DNA of 64,000 nt from Dicyema japonicum (lineage: Eukaryota > Animalia > Dicyemida): the NCBI GenBank assembly GCA_011109175.1, contig RDEW01000075.1, positions 1 to 64,000 on the forward strand, given 5' to 3'. Positions 35,535 to 47,428 of the stretch are shown here, in pieces. The notes below the pieces were generated by a model, which did not search any database, was not told the DNA's origin, and worked only from the letters and a program-made list of their open reading frames with translations. Both the position numbers and the translations under genes were made by a program. How positions within the stretch are numbered: the first letter of the stretch is position 1; every line of letters starts with the position of its first letter.

Positions 35535-36903
35535 TTAATAGTAATAATCACCTTTGGGGTAAATATTTGGCTGCTGATTGATCTCAGAGGACGCAAAATA
35601 ACTTCCTCCACTAACACCCGCATCGCTTGTATTATGGGGAGGCACATATCCCGTATTATAATGTTGTTTATAACCATCAAAATTAGGTCTATACAAATGA
35701 CGATCACGTGGAGGGAGATTTCTAAAAGAGCAGTTTGTGGGTTGTTTGTGGGCAGTTTGTGGGTTGAAAGAAGGATAATAAAGATTCAAATTGGCTCCTG
35801 GAAATACTTGAGGATTCCGAGTTTCGATGGGAAAACCGACACCTGACAGATTCTGCTTAAGGGTGGGCCTTTCAAGTCCCTGTTTATGTAAAAGTCCATC
35901 AACATGACTATACATATGACTCATCTCTGTCATTTTTTGCAAAAAAATTTGGGGGGAGTCTGGAAACATATTTAAATTTAGGGGGATATTATGACACATA
36001 TTTACTGGCTTAGGAACATTTTGATACATATTGACTGATTGAGGGACATTTTGATACATATTGACTGATTGGGGGACATTTTGATGCATATTGACTGATT
36101 GAGGAACATTTTGATGCATATTGACTGATTGAGGAACATTTTGATGCATATTGACTGATTGGGGGAAATTTTGTTTAATATGTGAAGTATGTGGTCTAAA
36201 ACTAGACAAATAAGTGGTACTAAAAGTTATATATAGGGAAACTCGCTAGGATTGTATTTATGTTCGTTTTTCGAAGCCTCGCTGTATTGTAGACTCAAAT
36301 TATAGAAGTTCTGGGCAAGGTCGTTAAAAAGTGAAAGTTGTCTACGATCAAATGTGAGAATAACATGTCAATGGCGGTTATTTCGGTTTCTATCATCTGT
36401 TCCATCACTTGGGTACGTTTCTTGCAGTCTACAAATTCGGGAGTGTTGTGATCTGTAGTAGGATCAGAATTCTCTATCAATTCCACCATTTTATCCATCA
36501 GAGACTTAAACTCAACAAACTGAGAGTACAGGATCAATTTCTACGGTCACTGATTGAGAAACATGCTCAGGAAAATTAAAAGTGACAAAGTTCGAAGGAA
36601 AAAATCCGCTTTCTCCATTTTGGTTGAAGCCTTCGTACCAATATTCGTTGCTATTTGGTTATATAGTGAGTACGAGTCATTTGTGATGGTCATTATGTCA
36701 CCAGTCCTGATTGTAAGTTCGTTCTCTTCGACGGCTTCAAAGTCAAAGAGTGCCATGACTTGCCGCGTTTGTGACTTTGGTTCGGTGGCTACTGGTTTTG
36801 ACTTTTCCTCGAATTCTTGCAGTGAAAGCTTTAAGGCTTTATGAAATTATGCTTATCATGTACCTAATTCTAGATTTTTCTCTTCTTCGTCTAAATTCGA
36901 CAT
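35535..36903 (-). CDS. STAM: STAM/Hse1-like ESCRT-0 subunit (UIM-SH3-GAT-Q/P tail), 5 tiny introns
   Basis: EEEKNLELALKLSL (UIM); ALFDFEAVEENEL...WYEG...GFFPSNFV (SH3); VEID..LMDKMVELIENSDPT (GAT). Confidence 0.85.
35985..36175 (-). repeat. Coding 30-bp tandem repeat (QNVPQSVNMH/Y, about 6 units)
   Basis: Unit CAAAATGTTCCTCAATCAGTCAATATGCAT within the last STAM exon. Confidence 0.92.
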
Positions 36904-37799
36904 ACCAAAGACTAATTAGTATTTTGAATAAAATATTTTACAATTAACATTTTATTCTATATAAATAAATATTTTTTATCATAATCGTTATGGACTCCCT
37001 CTTGTTTTGGTCCGCCTACAGATATATTTGATTGATCTCTTGAATTGAAGATTTTTTGTGTGTTTCTTCTGTTCCTCCTATCCCCTTTTGGCTTCAGAAA
37101 GCTTGAATTTTTTGCCCGCGTCATGTAGTTCACCATCCCTGATGGGGCCAGATATATTTATAAATTATTTCGTAAAAGGACCATTAGTCACTAACCATCT
37201 AGAGGAGTTCTCCCTGGAGGGCACTTATTCAAGACCTAGCATGCGAAGACTGCTGAGAGCGGCCACAATTAACCGAATTTTTTGATTCTGGCAATGACGG
37301 TGTTTTTCTTGTTAATAGTTTTTTATCTCATCCTAGAGGGACGCTGGCACCTTTGTAAGAACCATTGATATAGATTATCGCCTTGAGGATAGTTAAATTA
37401 CATTTCTTTTTTCTTTCTTGGTGGTCTTAGGGTTTTAAAATAAATAAATAAATTTCAATCTTCTGTCTTTAAGAATCAGGCATTTCTACAGAACTCATTT
37501 GAGTTCTCCGTAATAATCTAATGTCAGTCAGACAACTTTTTAACATCGATTTGACACATTTAGTTCGTTAGTTAACGCATATCCGCGTTGCCAGTAAACA
37601 GTGTTTATGCTTTCGCTTGTTCCATGTTTTCGACTATTCTTGCCGTTAGCTTCTCCATATCTTTTGTCGTCTTGCTCGTCTCCTGATATCGTCCCGATCG
37701 TCTGCATCCATCAATCGGCTCCCGATCAAAGCATAATCCTCCTCAAGTGTCCTGGGAAGACAACCTCTTGGACGTCCTCTGAGTGTAGAAATTTCAGTA

Positions 37800-39030
37800 T
37801 GGCCGAAAAATTCTTCCATGGCGGGATTGCAGGGTGTTTTTTCACTCGTCCGTAGAATATGTTTAAAAAGGCGCCAACGGCCTTCAATTAAGTCCAGACT
37901 TATTGGTCCACGATCAATCAGTCTTTATAATTTATTGTTCGAGATTTTCTTCGGCCAAAAATATCCAAGGAGTTTTCTTAATTGGCCTCTGTGAAATGAA
38001 TCGAATTGTTCCATATCTTTCTTTGATGTTTCCCAAGTATCTGAGTTGTATGTGAAGACAGGTAGAACAAATCCATTATATAAGCGTAATTGCATTTTAG
38101 TAGGAATTTGATTCTTTCTCGTCAAAATAGATTATAATTTTTTAAGTTCTATTGAGGATAATATCTTTAGTCGTGTGATATCTTCTGACTTGCCAGGTAA
38201 AAATCCTAGTTTGTGGGTGTTCCTCCACTTCTCAACGCGGGTTGGCGTTCTTTCAATAGTGGTTATATCAGTTTTGTATTCATTGACTTTTAGGGACCGT
38301 TTTCTCTTTCTCCATAATAACGTGTATAAATCTCCGATCTTTCGCGACAAAATCGAAATCATCTGCGTAAATGAGTTCCATAAGACATCCAATTTGTTCT
38401 CTTAGATCTCTCAAAGTTGTCTCCAGGTCGATGATAAATAATACAGATGATAGCATGTCCCCTTGTGTGGTTCCAACATTTGTAGAAAATTGACTAGACT
38501 TTTTAGAGCCAACTTTGACAACTATTTTAGTTTCAGATAATAGCATATGTATCATGAGCAGACTATCTTCATCGATAACGACTTTCAACACGATAAGTAA
38601 TTGATGCTGTCAAAAGCCTTGCTCATGTCGATTCCCAGGATATGAAAAAATCTTTTGTACTTCTGACATATTGCAGTGATCCAGCGATGGCTCTAGACAA
38701 TATCAGCCGTGGATCTTCCAGGCTTGAAGCCACTCTGACCGCAAGAGAGATATCAATCGACCGATATTGATATACGGCCTCGAACAATAGTCGATAGAAT
38801 TTTCCTTATAGTGGTGACTAGCACAATAGGTCTTAAGCTTCAGAAGAGTCCTCTTCGTTTGCCCGGTTTATGAACGGGTATTAATATTCCGTACCCGATT
38901 GGAAGCGGGCAGTGTAACGCAATAGCCTTGTTCAGTATTTGTGCGAAAAAGATCGCTAGACTATTGGGAGCGTATTTGAGTAATTCCCCTGGGACTCCGT
39001 CACATCCTGCAGCTCTGTTGTTGTTCATGA
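37800..39030 (-). mobile_element. RTE-clade LINE, RT to C-terminus, decayed
   Basis: RAAGCDGVPGELLKY, QSGFKPGRSTAD, GIDMSKAFDSI, TQGDMLS, YADD, LRLYNGFVLPVFTY..DTW, FHR.QLR.LLGYFWPKKISN. Confidence 0.85.
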
Positions 39031-39782
39031 GTTGGAATGTTTCTATTACCCTCGAATATTTATTTTGTGCTAGGGAAAAAATTAATAAAAAAGCTTTGAA
39101 ATTATTCGTGGATTCTTGAAGAATTTATAAATTTTGCATACTAAAGTATAGACAGGCTTTGTCTATTCATGTTCAGGGAACCTAAGTAACTTGCATGATT
39201 AGCCTTGTGTAGAAAATGGCGTTGGGGGTGACCATCTCCTTCAAACTATATAATTCGGGACAGGCCTGTTATCACTGATGAATATGTTGGATATGACATT
39301 AGAAAAATTGATTGGAATCATTTCAATAAGTACATCGAAAACTTTAGGGCAATGAAGATTTCATAACCAGGAGATATTGATAATTTGGATGAAACTATTG
39401 GAATTGCATTATTAATGTATTAGAACATGACTTTGTGTCTACACGTGCCGTACGAACATTCGAAAAGAACAAGATACTGGAGTGCAGACTTCCTGTGATT
39501 AGCGCTTCATAATTGTTTCTTCAGAGGGCCGTCAGAATAGAACTTTCTCGTTTACGATGTGGCATCATTCTTCTCTGGTTAAGAGAGTAGTTCAGAATCT
39601 CTTTATGGGTCACCAGGGCTTAATGTGAATGTGATGGATCTCCGGGAGCTTCTTTTCTTAGTGACACGATCGCCAGTTTCTCATATGTTAGCGGAAATTG
39701 GTTTAATAATTTAATTTAAATATCGATAATGTCGGCGAGGTCCACTTTGAATGATTGGTTGTGTTAATTTAATTACATTATT

Positions 39783-39842
39783 GATTGTATTTTACTTTAT
39801 CTGAATATTTAAATATGGAAAAAAGGAAAGTTCTTTCATAAT
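39783..39842 (+). repeat. Left copy of an approximately 59-bp direct repeat flanking an R4-like insertion
   Basis: TATTTTACTTTATCTGAATATTTAAATATGGAAAAAAGGAAAGTTCTTTCATAAT; partner at 41015-41073. Confidence 0.85.
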
Positions 39843-41014
39843 CTCTCCGGATTTTTTCATGATTTGAAACTCAGAAGTACTGTTTGCAGTAGAAGTGCCG
39901 CAATTCCTCAAACCGAAATTTCAGAGAAAACACATTTGGCATTAATTGAAGAATTTCTAAGGCACAAGTATTTTGTTTGCGACACTTTTGAGTTGGATAT
40001 AAAATTGATATCGAACATGCAAAAAGAAGGTTTAATGAATCAAATAAAATTGAAGAGTCTTCATTCCGTTATTTATAAAAAATTGTTGGAGGATTATGTG
40101 AATATAGAGCATTCCTCTCATTGGCTTCTAAAAGGGAATAACTCCCCAAGGTCGGAAGCCTTATTCTGCCTTATTCAAGATAGGAATCTGTTCTTTGGAG
40201 AACAAAATGCAATGTGCACTTATTGTAAAAAGTAGAAGAAGACCGTGGACAAGGTGTGAAAAGATGTTGCATGGGGATTATGTAAGAAGACATAACGAAG
40301 TCGTGAGGTGTCTACATTTCCACTTTTGCAGAGAGTTTGGTCTCAAAAACGAAAAGAAACTGAAGACTCATTCAGTGCAATCCATTGTAATGAATGACTC
40401 AGTTGAAATCAGAGTTGACACCTTTATCAAAACGGACATAATTATTGAGCATAACAAGCCAGACTTGTTCGTTCTTGATAAAAGGGGAAACAAAATTATC
40501 TTGGTCGAAGTGGGAATAACATCTTCCCAAATCTACAGCAGGTGGAATGCGAATAGCTCAGGTAACATGACCTTTTTTCCAAAGAGTTGAAGTTGATACA
40601 CCACGCAGAGGTCAAGATTGTCCCGAATGTACTCACTTGGAATGCCCTAGTGACTTCACATTCGTGGAAGTATGCCAGATCTTTGAATATAAATGAAAGA
40701 ACGTATGCATATGTTCAATCGCTGGTACTCAAGAAGATTTTGAAGAGTATGATTGTATCATATAAGAACAAAGTCGACGTTTCGTGGCGTTATGATAAAC
40801 TTAGCGAAGAGATAAAAGATAACTACTCTCGGTCTGATTATGAAGAAATTCAAGAGAAGAGTGTTAGCGAAGTGGTGTCAATATATATTGAGGAATAGGA
40901 AAAGGACTGTGACAATTGGGTTTACTCCCATAGTTGCTCGAAGAGGAAAAGAATTGGATAGAGAACATTTTAAATAGAATTAACCTTTTAAGATAGTAAA
41001 ATAATGAGTTGTTA
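39843..41014 (+). mobile_element. Second R4/Dong-like family, 3' part (CCHC and RLE)
   Basis: NSPRSEALFCLIQDRNLF, CTYC, CEKMLHGDYVRRHNEVVRCLH, HNKPDLFV...EVGIT. Confidence 0.85.
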
Positions 41015-41073
41015 GATTTATTTTACTTTAATCTGAATATTTAAATATGAAAAAAGGAAAGTTCTTTCATAAT
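41015..41073 (+). repeat. Right copy of the approximately 59-bp direct repeat
   Basis: TATTTTACTTTAATCTGAATATTTAAATATGAAAAAAGGAAAGTTCTTTCATAAT. Confidence 0.85.
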
Positions 41074-41169
41074 ATGAAATACTCAGCCCAAAAAACGACT
41101 AAATCTCAATGAACACTTGGAACCGTTCGAATGAATTCCCAGAGATCTTAATCAAAGCATCACGCATTA

Positions 41170-42486
41170 GGAAGTCGTTTTAGCCTTGAGTAAGCTCCAG
41201 AATGGCACCTTGATCCCAATTCATAAACCTGAAAAGGAAAGAGGAAATCTAAACAGTTTACGCCCGATTACACTAATGAATACGATAAAGAAAATACTCT
41301 TCCTTGTTGTACTGGATCGTATTTCAGACCTTGTAAATGAGTTCCTGAACCGAAGTCAAAGTGGATTCAGATCTGGAAGGTCGACGGCAGATGTTGTATG
41401 GAGCCACAGGTGGATGTGTGCAATGTGGCAGAAACAAAAAGAAGAAATCTCAATTCTTGGAATTGACTTATCCCGTGCCTTCAACACTATCAACCGCAAA
41501 AAGCTAATGCACGTACTGGAAAGTATTCTAGACGAGGATGCATCACGTATGATCAGATTTTTACTCTCCAACACATCGATTAGTGCGCGTGGGAAATTAC
41601 AACTCAATAAAATTTAAAACCGACACCGGCGCACCATAGGGAGACTCCTATACATAATATACCTGGAGGCAACTCTAAGACCTCTCCGGGAAAAGAACTG
41701 TTTCACTAACGTGATGGAAGTATCTACGCCAATGATATTGATTTCGTCTGCCTGGATAGGGATACGCTGGAAACTATACTAAAAGTGATACCTCAAGGTT
41801 TGGAGGACTGGGCTCTGGTAGTAAACCCAGACAAAACGGAAAAAACTAGCATATCTCGTTGTACGACGAGAAACGAGGAAAAGTGGAGAACATGCAAGAA
41901 AGTTGGATCTCTCCTCGGGGACTCGGAGGACGTTATTCACAGGAAAGTTCTGGCGGTTGCTTCTATCAAAAAATTGTTGGCGATCTGGATTCGGCGAAAG
42001 TACATAGGCACTCGCCTTCGATATCGGTTGTTCAACTCTTTTATCAAACCAGTTCTACTTTATAACGCGGGGACCTGGGGTCTAACTGCCAAAGAACTGG
42101 AAAACCTCAACTCTTTCCACAAAAAACAACTGCGACTTCTTATGGGATTCTACTGGCCAAAACGGATAACCAACGACGAGCTATATACTCATACTTAAAC
42201 AACATAGATTGGGAATAAAGTTACTTCTGCGTAATGGTAGCTCTTTGGACATATCCTAAGAGCTTAGGAAATGGCACCGGCCAATCAGTCCACGGAATCA
42301 CATTTCTTTGTATTAAACAAAACAACGTATCGAGGTCGACAAAAAACTCACTTGCATAAAAAGACAACTGAAACAGGAAAGGATCTGGATGATCTGAGGG
42401 CGGATGCGAGAAACAGAGGAGGATGGAAACGACAAACAGGGCGTATCAAGAGATGCATGGCAAAATTGGAATCTCAAATTAGTTAA
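41170..42486 (+). mobile_element. RTE-clade LINE, RT to C-terminus
   Basis: LRPITLMN, QSGFRSGRSTAD, GIDLSRAFNTI, RLFNSFIKPVLLYNAGTW, FHKKQLRLLMGFYWPKRITN, LFGHILR. Confidence 0.85.
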
Positions 42487-42514
42487 CTTTTTTGGTTCCG
42501 CGAACATTGCTAAT

Positions 42515-42880
42515 AATAATACTCAGCCCAGAGCTGTCGAGACCATCAATCGACCCTCTGTGGTTATGACAAGGACAACCAATTTTAAGGACTTCGTGAG
42601 GAAGTCGGATAGCATATTCGCTCGATGTTAAAACTCACCCATAAAACCTGCTTACAGAGATTGCGTAAGTAAGGTCGATAGTAAGAAAGACTGGAATCAC
42701 TTGATAACCTTCTCGCAGAATCCCTTCCAGTCGAGTGGCAAATGATCCCCTTTCGTAGCATCTTGGAACTGGGCGCCACCTGAGACAGGTAGATCACATG
42801 ACATCACTCTAGTAGAAAAAGGGAGAATAGGAACAGACGAAACAAATAAATCTTCATCAAGTAGCCACATGGCACCACGA
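42515..42880 (-). mobile_element. SINE family B variant: same head and core, different tail
   Basis: GTGGTGCCATGTGGCTA head and CATGTGATC...AGGTGGCGCCCAGT core, then an unrelated body ending (TAT)n. Confidence 0.75.
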
Positions 42881-43049
42881 TAACGTTGGCAGCACGCGGT
42901 TTACTTGCCGTCAATAAAATTGGTTGCATGATAGCGAAATAATGTAACTAAAATGTCGAAAATTATAGACCAATTAGCCTTCCTTATCTGTTCTATCTCG
43001 AAATTTTTTGTTATTATTGAATTTTTATTTATACAAAATAAACAAAAAG

Positions 43050-43340
43050 GTCATACAGCGGCCGCTCTTCCTGCGTGCCTATTCCCTCTTAGGATGGCAA
43101 GCAAGATTCGCCCAAATAACCAGTATCGCTCACGGGGATCTCCTATTCGTGTAGAAATCCGATTTCATAGACAACTCAAGATTTCCAGCGTCGCAAGCGC
43201 AAGGAAACCAGACGTTTCAATTGCGATCGGAACAAACAAAAAATTCTCGGTTAGGATTTCGTACTTAGCTCTTTTTACCCTCTCGGCCTTCTCAGCTGAA
43301 GAACAGGCTCCAGGGGAACTCTGATGTAGGCTTGCAGCCT
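43050..43340 (-). mobile_element. CRE-clade 3' fragment
   Basis: AEKAERVKRAKY...FVPIAIETSG...GDPRERYWLFGRILLAILRGN. Confidence 0.75.
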
Positions 43341-43792
43341 TTTCAACATCGATAATTATGGAAAGACTGCTTTTAATCGATTATCAAGTGTTATTGAAGA
43401 GATCAACTTTTTTCTGAATATCGTTGGGAATTTTCTCAGAATTGAAGCACTTGAGATTGTTTTAAATAATGAAAAAGGCGATTAAAATTCATACACCAAA
43501 ATGATACATTACGGTAGCATGTCAGGATAAATACAAAGCTTTTGATTTCGTAAGCCACCGTAGACTTGATGATACGTTATCAAACAAACAGTGAGCATCA
43601 GTATAACTAAAAGTTTTATAACCGGAAGGGATTCGTTCATACGGTTGGAAGCCGTATATATGATTACTGTTAATAACTCTTGTAACCTTACCCCTTATAA
43701 TATACGTGATAAGGTTATTAATCAATTTTTACTTAAAATTGTGCAACAATTACGCTAAATAGTATTTATTGGGAAACGACGTCATTATTAAC

Positions 43793-44050
43793 ATGGAGAT
43801 TAATTTTTGTGATATGTCCGAAAATGTTAAGAATTTTACAATAGTAAAAATCTGCTCAGGGATATGGCAATTAAAATATGACAACGATGCTTGCAAATTT
43901 ATTGTGGATCAGCTCACAGCACAGTTTAAAGGTAAGTGGATTTGCGTTCTTGGGCGTCCGTTTCTTTCAACACACAGCTATATTTCTGGTTACAGAATGC
44001 ACTGCAATATTCTTACTTTCACCATGATTGTCTATAGAACTGAATTTTAG
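43793..44050 (+). CDS. Divergent dynein light chain (LC8)-like protein, 85 aa, intronless
   Basis: CDMSE...DACKFIVDQLTAQFKGKWICVLGRPF matches the LC8 pattern DM...A..IK..FD..Y...WHC.VG..F; length fits. Confidence 0.6.
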   Translation: MEINFCDMSENVKNFTIVKICSGIWQLKYDNDACKFIVDQLTAQFKGKWICVLGRPFLSTHSYISGYRMHCNILTFTMIVYRTEF

Positions 44051-44114
44051 CATTTTATTAACATTTGTTAATTTTCTGTTTTTAATTATTCTTTTACTCA
44101 AATAATGATATCTT

Positions 44115-44500
44115 TTTAACCCAAGAATTACCGACAAATTATGAGAGAATACATGGCCTCAGGTAATTTGGGCCTTCTTAAGCAGCCATCTCACATTTGC
44201 TCGATGTTTGTTCCGAGATCCAACAAACTTCCTGTATGCGCGTGTTACTTTTGAAAACTTTGGAGGTGTCAATTGGGCTCCCGTTTTCCTAAAAAGTGCC
44301 TCGAGAATAGTTGGCCTTAACAGAGAGGTGGGGAAAATAATGATGGTAATTGACGAATCTAATTGATGCATCTGACAACAGGTATTCTTAACTATTAATT
44401 GGGATGGATGACCAGCCTTGCATCAGGGAACTTTCTACAATCGAGAAGTGATCAATGGTCAGCACGTTGATCTTAACATAGTTAAGCTGGTCATCATCTT
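44115..44500 (-). mobile_element. LINE 3' end remnant with family D tail
   Basis: TIDH..DC knuckle remnant, WLLKKAQIT* then the tail. Confidence 0.5.
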
Positions 44501-45051
44501 CGACCGAGAATTTTATGGTATTAAGATAACGTCATAAAGTTTCATTATGACTTTTATTTAGTTTCGGAAGGTCTTTTGAAGTTGCAAGAGTGAAGAAAAT
44601 TAATAAAGATTTTAAATTTTTTAATGAGGTGGGGGCAGTTAATTGCTCTTTTTGATCCTTTTCGGATTGGATGACACTTTTCAAATACAAATTTTATTAG
44701 GATGATTTTTTTATTTAAGAAACTCCTAGATCACAAAAAAGGAATCAAAGCCAACTAATTAAGGAAACCCAGATTCAGTACGTTTTCAGAATCTCCTCGA
44801 ATAGTCACCAGTGATACCACCGTATTTCGTGAATGTCAGCTTAAACTTCTGCAGAAGAACTCAACCAGGGGGCCTTTCTTCATAAATGATCTGGATTCCT
44901 CAGCATGGATAACTTTTCCGCCGAGTGGGTTTCTTAATTCTTTGCAGAAACGCAGGAAACCTCGGGCATTGTTTTTGGTCAACTCATCTGATTAGGATGA
45001 TCCCTGGCTTCATTTAATCAACTAAAACCAGGCATAATTATTTCTTTATTT

Positions 45052-45890
45052 TTTATTTATTTAACTCCAAGACCACCAAGAAAAAGTAGGTCAAAACTAT
45101 CTAATTAGGTGATACCAGCCTCCAACCAAATCCGAACTCTCTTCGCCTTGTTTTCTGATGGCCCAACCGCATTCCGGAAGCGCCTTCTCTTTCTTCTACA
45201 TAGGAAGTCAATCGGCGTGCATTTTTTTTATAACCGACCGAAATTCCTCTGCATGGGCCATCTTTTTCTAGAATAGGTTTCCAAGTTTTTTGCAAAAACG
45301 TAGGAAACCCTGGCCATTCTTCAACGTCGCCTCATCAGAAACGAGGCCGCAAATGGAGATGTCAGTGTGGTGCATAATTTTCCGCCTGAGAGAGTTCAAA
45401 CGATCAATTCTCGAAAAAGGAATGGCAAATCTCCAGGCGGAGCAGGCATATTCAATAGTAGGAACAATGCCTTGTTGGTAGACCTTCTTTATGATCGCTT
45501 TTAAAATGTTCCATTTCCGAAGACCCTAGGCAAGCACCTCCTCCACGTGACTCGAGAACGTCATCAGAGAGTTGAAAATAACCCAAGGATCTTCTGGGTC
45601 CGCGTAGAAGGGATAGAAGTATCTCTAAAAAACAGTTCGAGTCCAGCTTTAAATCTTCTATCGGTAATGAAAATGGTGAACTGGGATTTAGATGCTGACA
45701 CACATAACATATTTGCTGATAGCCAGTCACACACCCGGTTTGAATGTGACTGAACAATTGCTACAGCCACGGAAGGAGATTTATCTCTTGCAGCGATAAT
45801 TTGGTCGTCCGCATAGGATAAAAACATAGTGTCCTGCTCATTGGTAGTAAGTAGGTCATGTAAAAATAAGTTGAAAAGGAGAAGAGATAA
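45052..45890 (-). mobile_element. Internally deleted LINE derivative, copy 2
   Basis: LSYADD...SKSQFTIF...IEYACSAW...FLRFCK and tail; same deletion junction as 28065-28722. Confidence 0.8.
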
Positions 45891-45901
45891 AGGGAAGCCT
45901 T

Positions 45902-46208
45902 ATTTATTAACCCCGGATATACCGAGAAAGAAGTTAAAGTAAACAACTAATTAAGTGTATCCAGTTTTCACTTCTACAGAAACAGAGTCAACCTGTAATC
46001 AACATAAAGGGTAAAAGACGTCCATACTTGCAGTTGTGGAAACCCCTCCAATGGAGTGGGAGAGAGCAAATGATCTTTTTTCGTGCCGGCCTGGCACTGG
46101 GCGCCACCTAGATAGATGGATCACATGATGCCACTCTAATAGGAAGAGAGAGGAGGAACAGATAAACAAACAGAAACTTCAACCAATTAGCCACGAAGCA
46201 CCACATAA
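45902..46208 (-). mobile_element. SINE family B, full-length copy
   Basis: Head GTGGTGCTTCGTGGCTAATTGG (box A-like), pyrimidine tract, structured core, family D tail. Confidence 0.85.
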
Positions 46209-46317
46209 CAATAGCGGGCCCCATTGGGGAGTAGTCTTATTTCTTTATCAATAAATTTATGAAACAATTTAAAAGTTATCACAAAATAAAAATATAAAAA
46301 ATATTCGAAAATCCACG

Positions 46318-47428
46318 ATGAACATACTCTATAGTAGATATGCGGTGATATTATCGTCTAGTATGCTATGCACATCTGGTTTGGTGCTTTTAAAGTAACA
46401 CAAGTCATTATTTTATTAGAGATTACATGTCTGGGCCAAAATATGAGGGACTGAACAGATTAGATGGAAAGAGGGTGATTATTACGGGGGCAAACAGTGG
46501 TCTTGGTCGAGAACTTACGAGTGAATTATATAAGCGGGGTATTCATAGACAAATATTGATGGCGCTAGGGTTATTATGGCCTGTAGGGACGTCAAAGGAG
46601 CTAAGGAAGTTAGAGATGAAATTATAACGGCAAAGAATGAACACGTGGGAGACGTAGTCGTACGAAGACTTGATTTAGGGTCTCTTGAGTCGGTCTACTC
46701 GTTTGTGGATAATATCAATAAAAGTTGGCGTCTAAGTAATATTAGGGAATGAGGATGTTGACTACCTCATCAATAATGCGGGGATCATGAATCAAAAGAG
46801 AAACGTTAGTGAGGACGGAATTGAGAAGCATTTGGCCGTGAATTATATCGGTTAGGATTAATTACCAACATAAGGTCACTTTCTACTTACGAATTTGATA
46901 ATTAAGAATTTCACGTGCATGAAGGTTGTGAATGTTCTCTGCAGAACAAAAAACAAAGTCATTGATTTTAAAGATCTTAACAGTGAAGCCACTCCCTTCG
47001 ACGATGAACGTGCTCACTCTCAGAGCAAATACGCCTTGTTTCTGTTCACTAAGGAGCTGGCGAAGAGAAGAAAGGAATCTGCTACGGTCGTCTGTGGAGT
47101 TCTTCCCGGAGTGGTCAACACTAATTTATTGAAAAATTGGATTGACTCCGGCTTTGCCTTGATCAGATATATGCGCAAGGTGTTTCTATGGGTCACGGCG
47201 AAATCTCCCAACCAAGGAGTTCAGCCTATCCTCCGTGTTATTTTGGAGGAGATCCCTTCAGGGAGCATTTATTAGTTATCTTTTTGCACATTTTGTAGTT
47301 TGGACAAGCCTTACGAAATCTCTGGACCCAATGATGACTCAGTTGCTAATAGATTGTGGAGGACCAGTGAACTATGGTCGAGACTTGATGAATACACATC
47401 CAAGTTAAGATTGGATAACATTTCATAG
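46318..47428 (+). CDS. Retinol dehydrogenase 11-14 family SDR (RDH13-like), 5 tiny introns, catalytic Tyr replaced by His
   Basis: ITGANSGLG, RGARVIMACRD, LDLGSLESV, LINNAG, VNYIGHFLLTNL, PGVVNT, AKSPNQG, ANRLWRTSE. Confidence 0.88.

Noticed and set aside
35985-36175. CRISPR-like array
   Set aside because: Contiguous 30-bp coding repeats without spacers, in a eukaryotic exon
46095-46110. TGGCGCCC tRNA-Lys primer-binding site of an LTR element
   Set aside because: Match stops after 8-9 nt, there is no LTR or gag-pol, and it lies inside a SINE core
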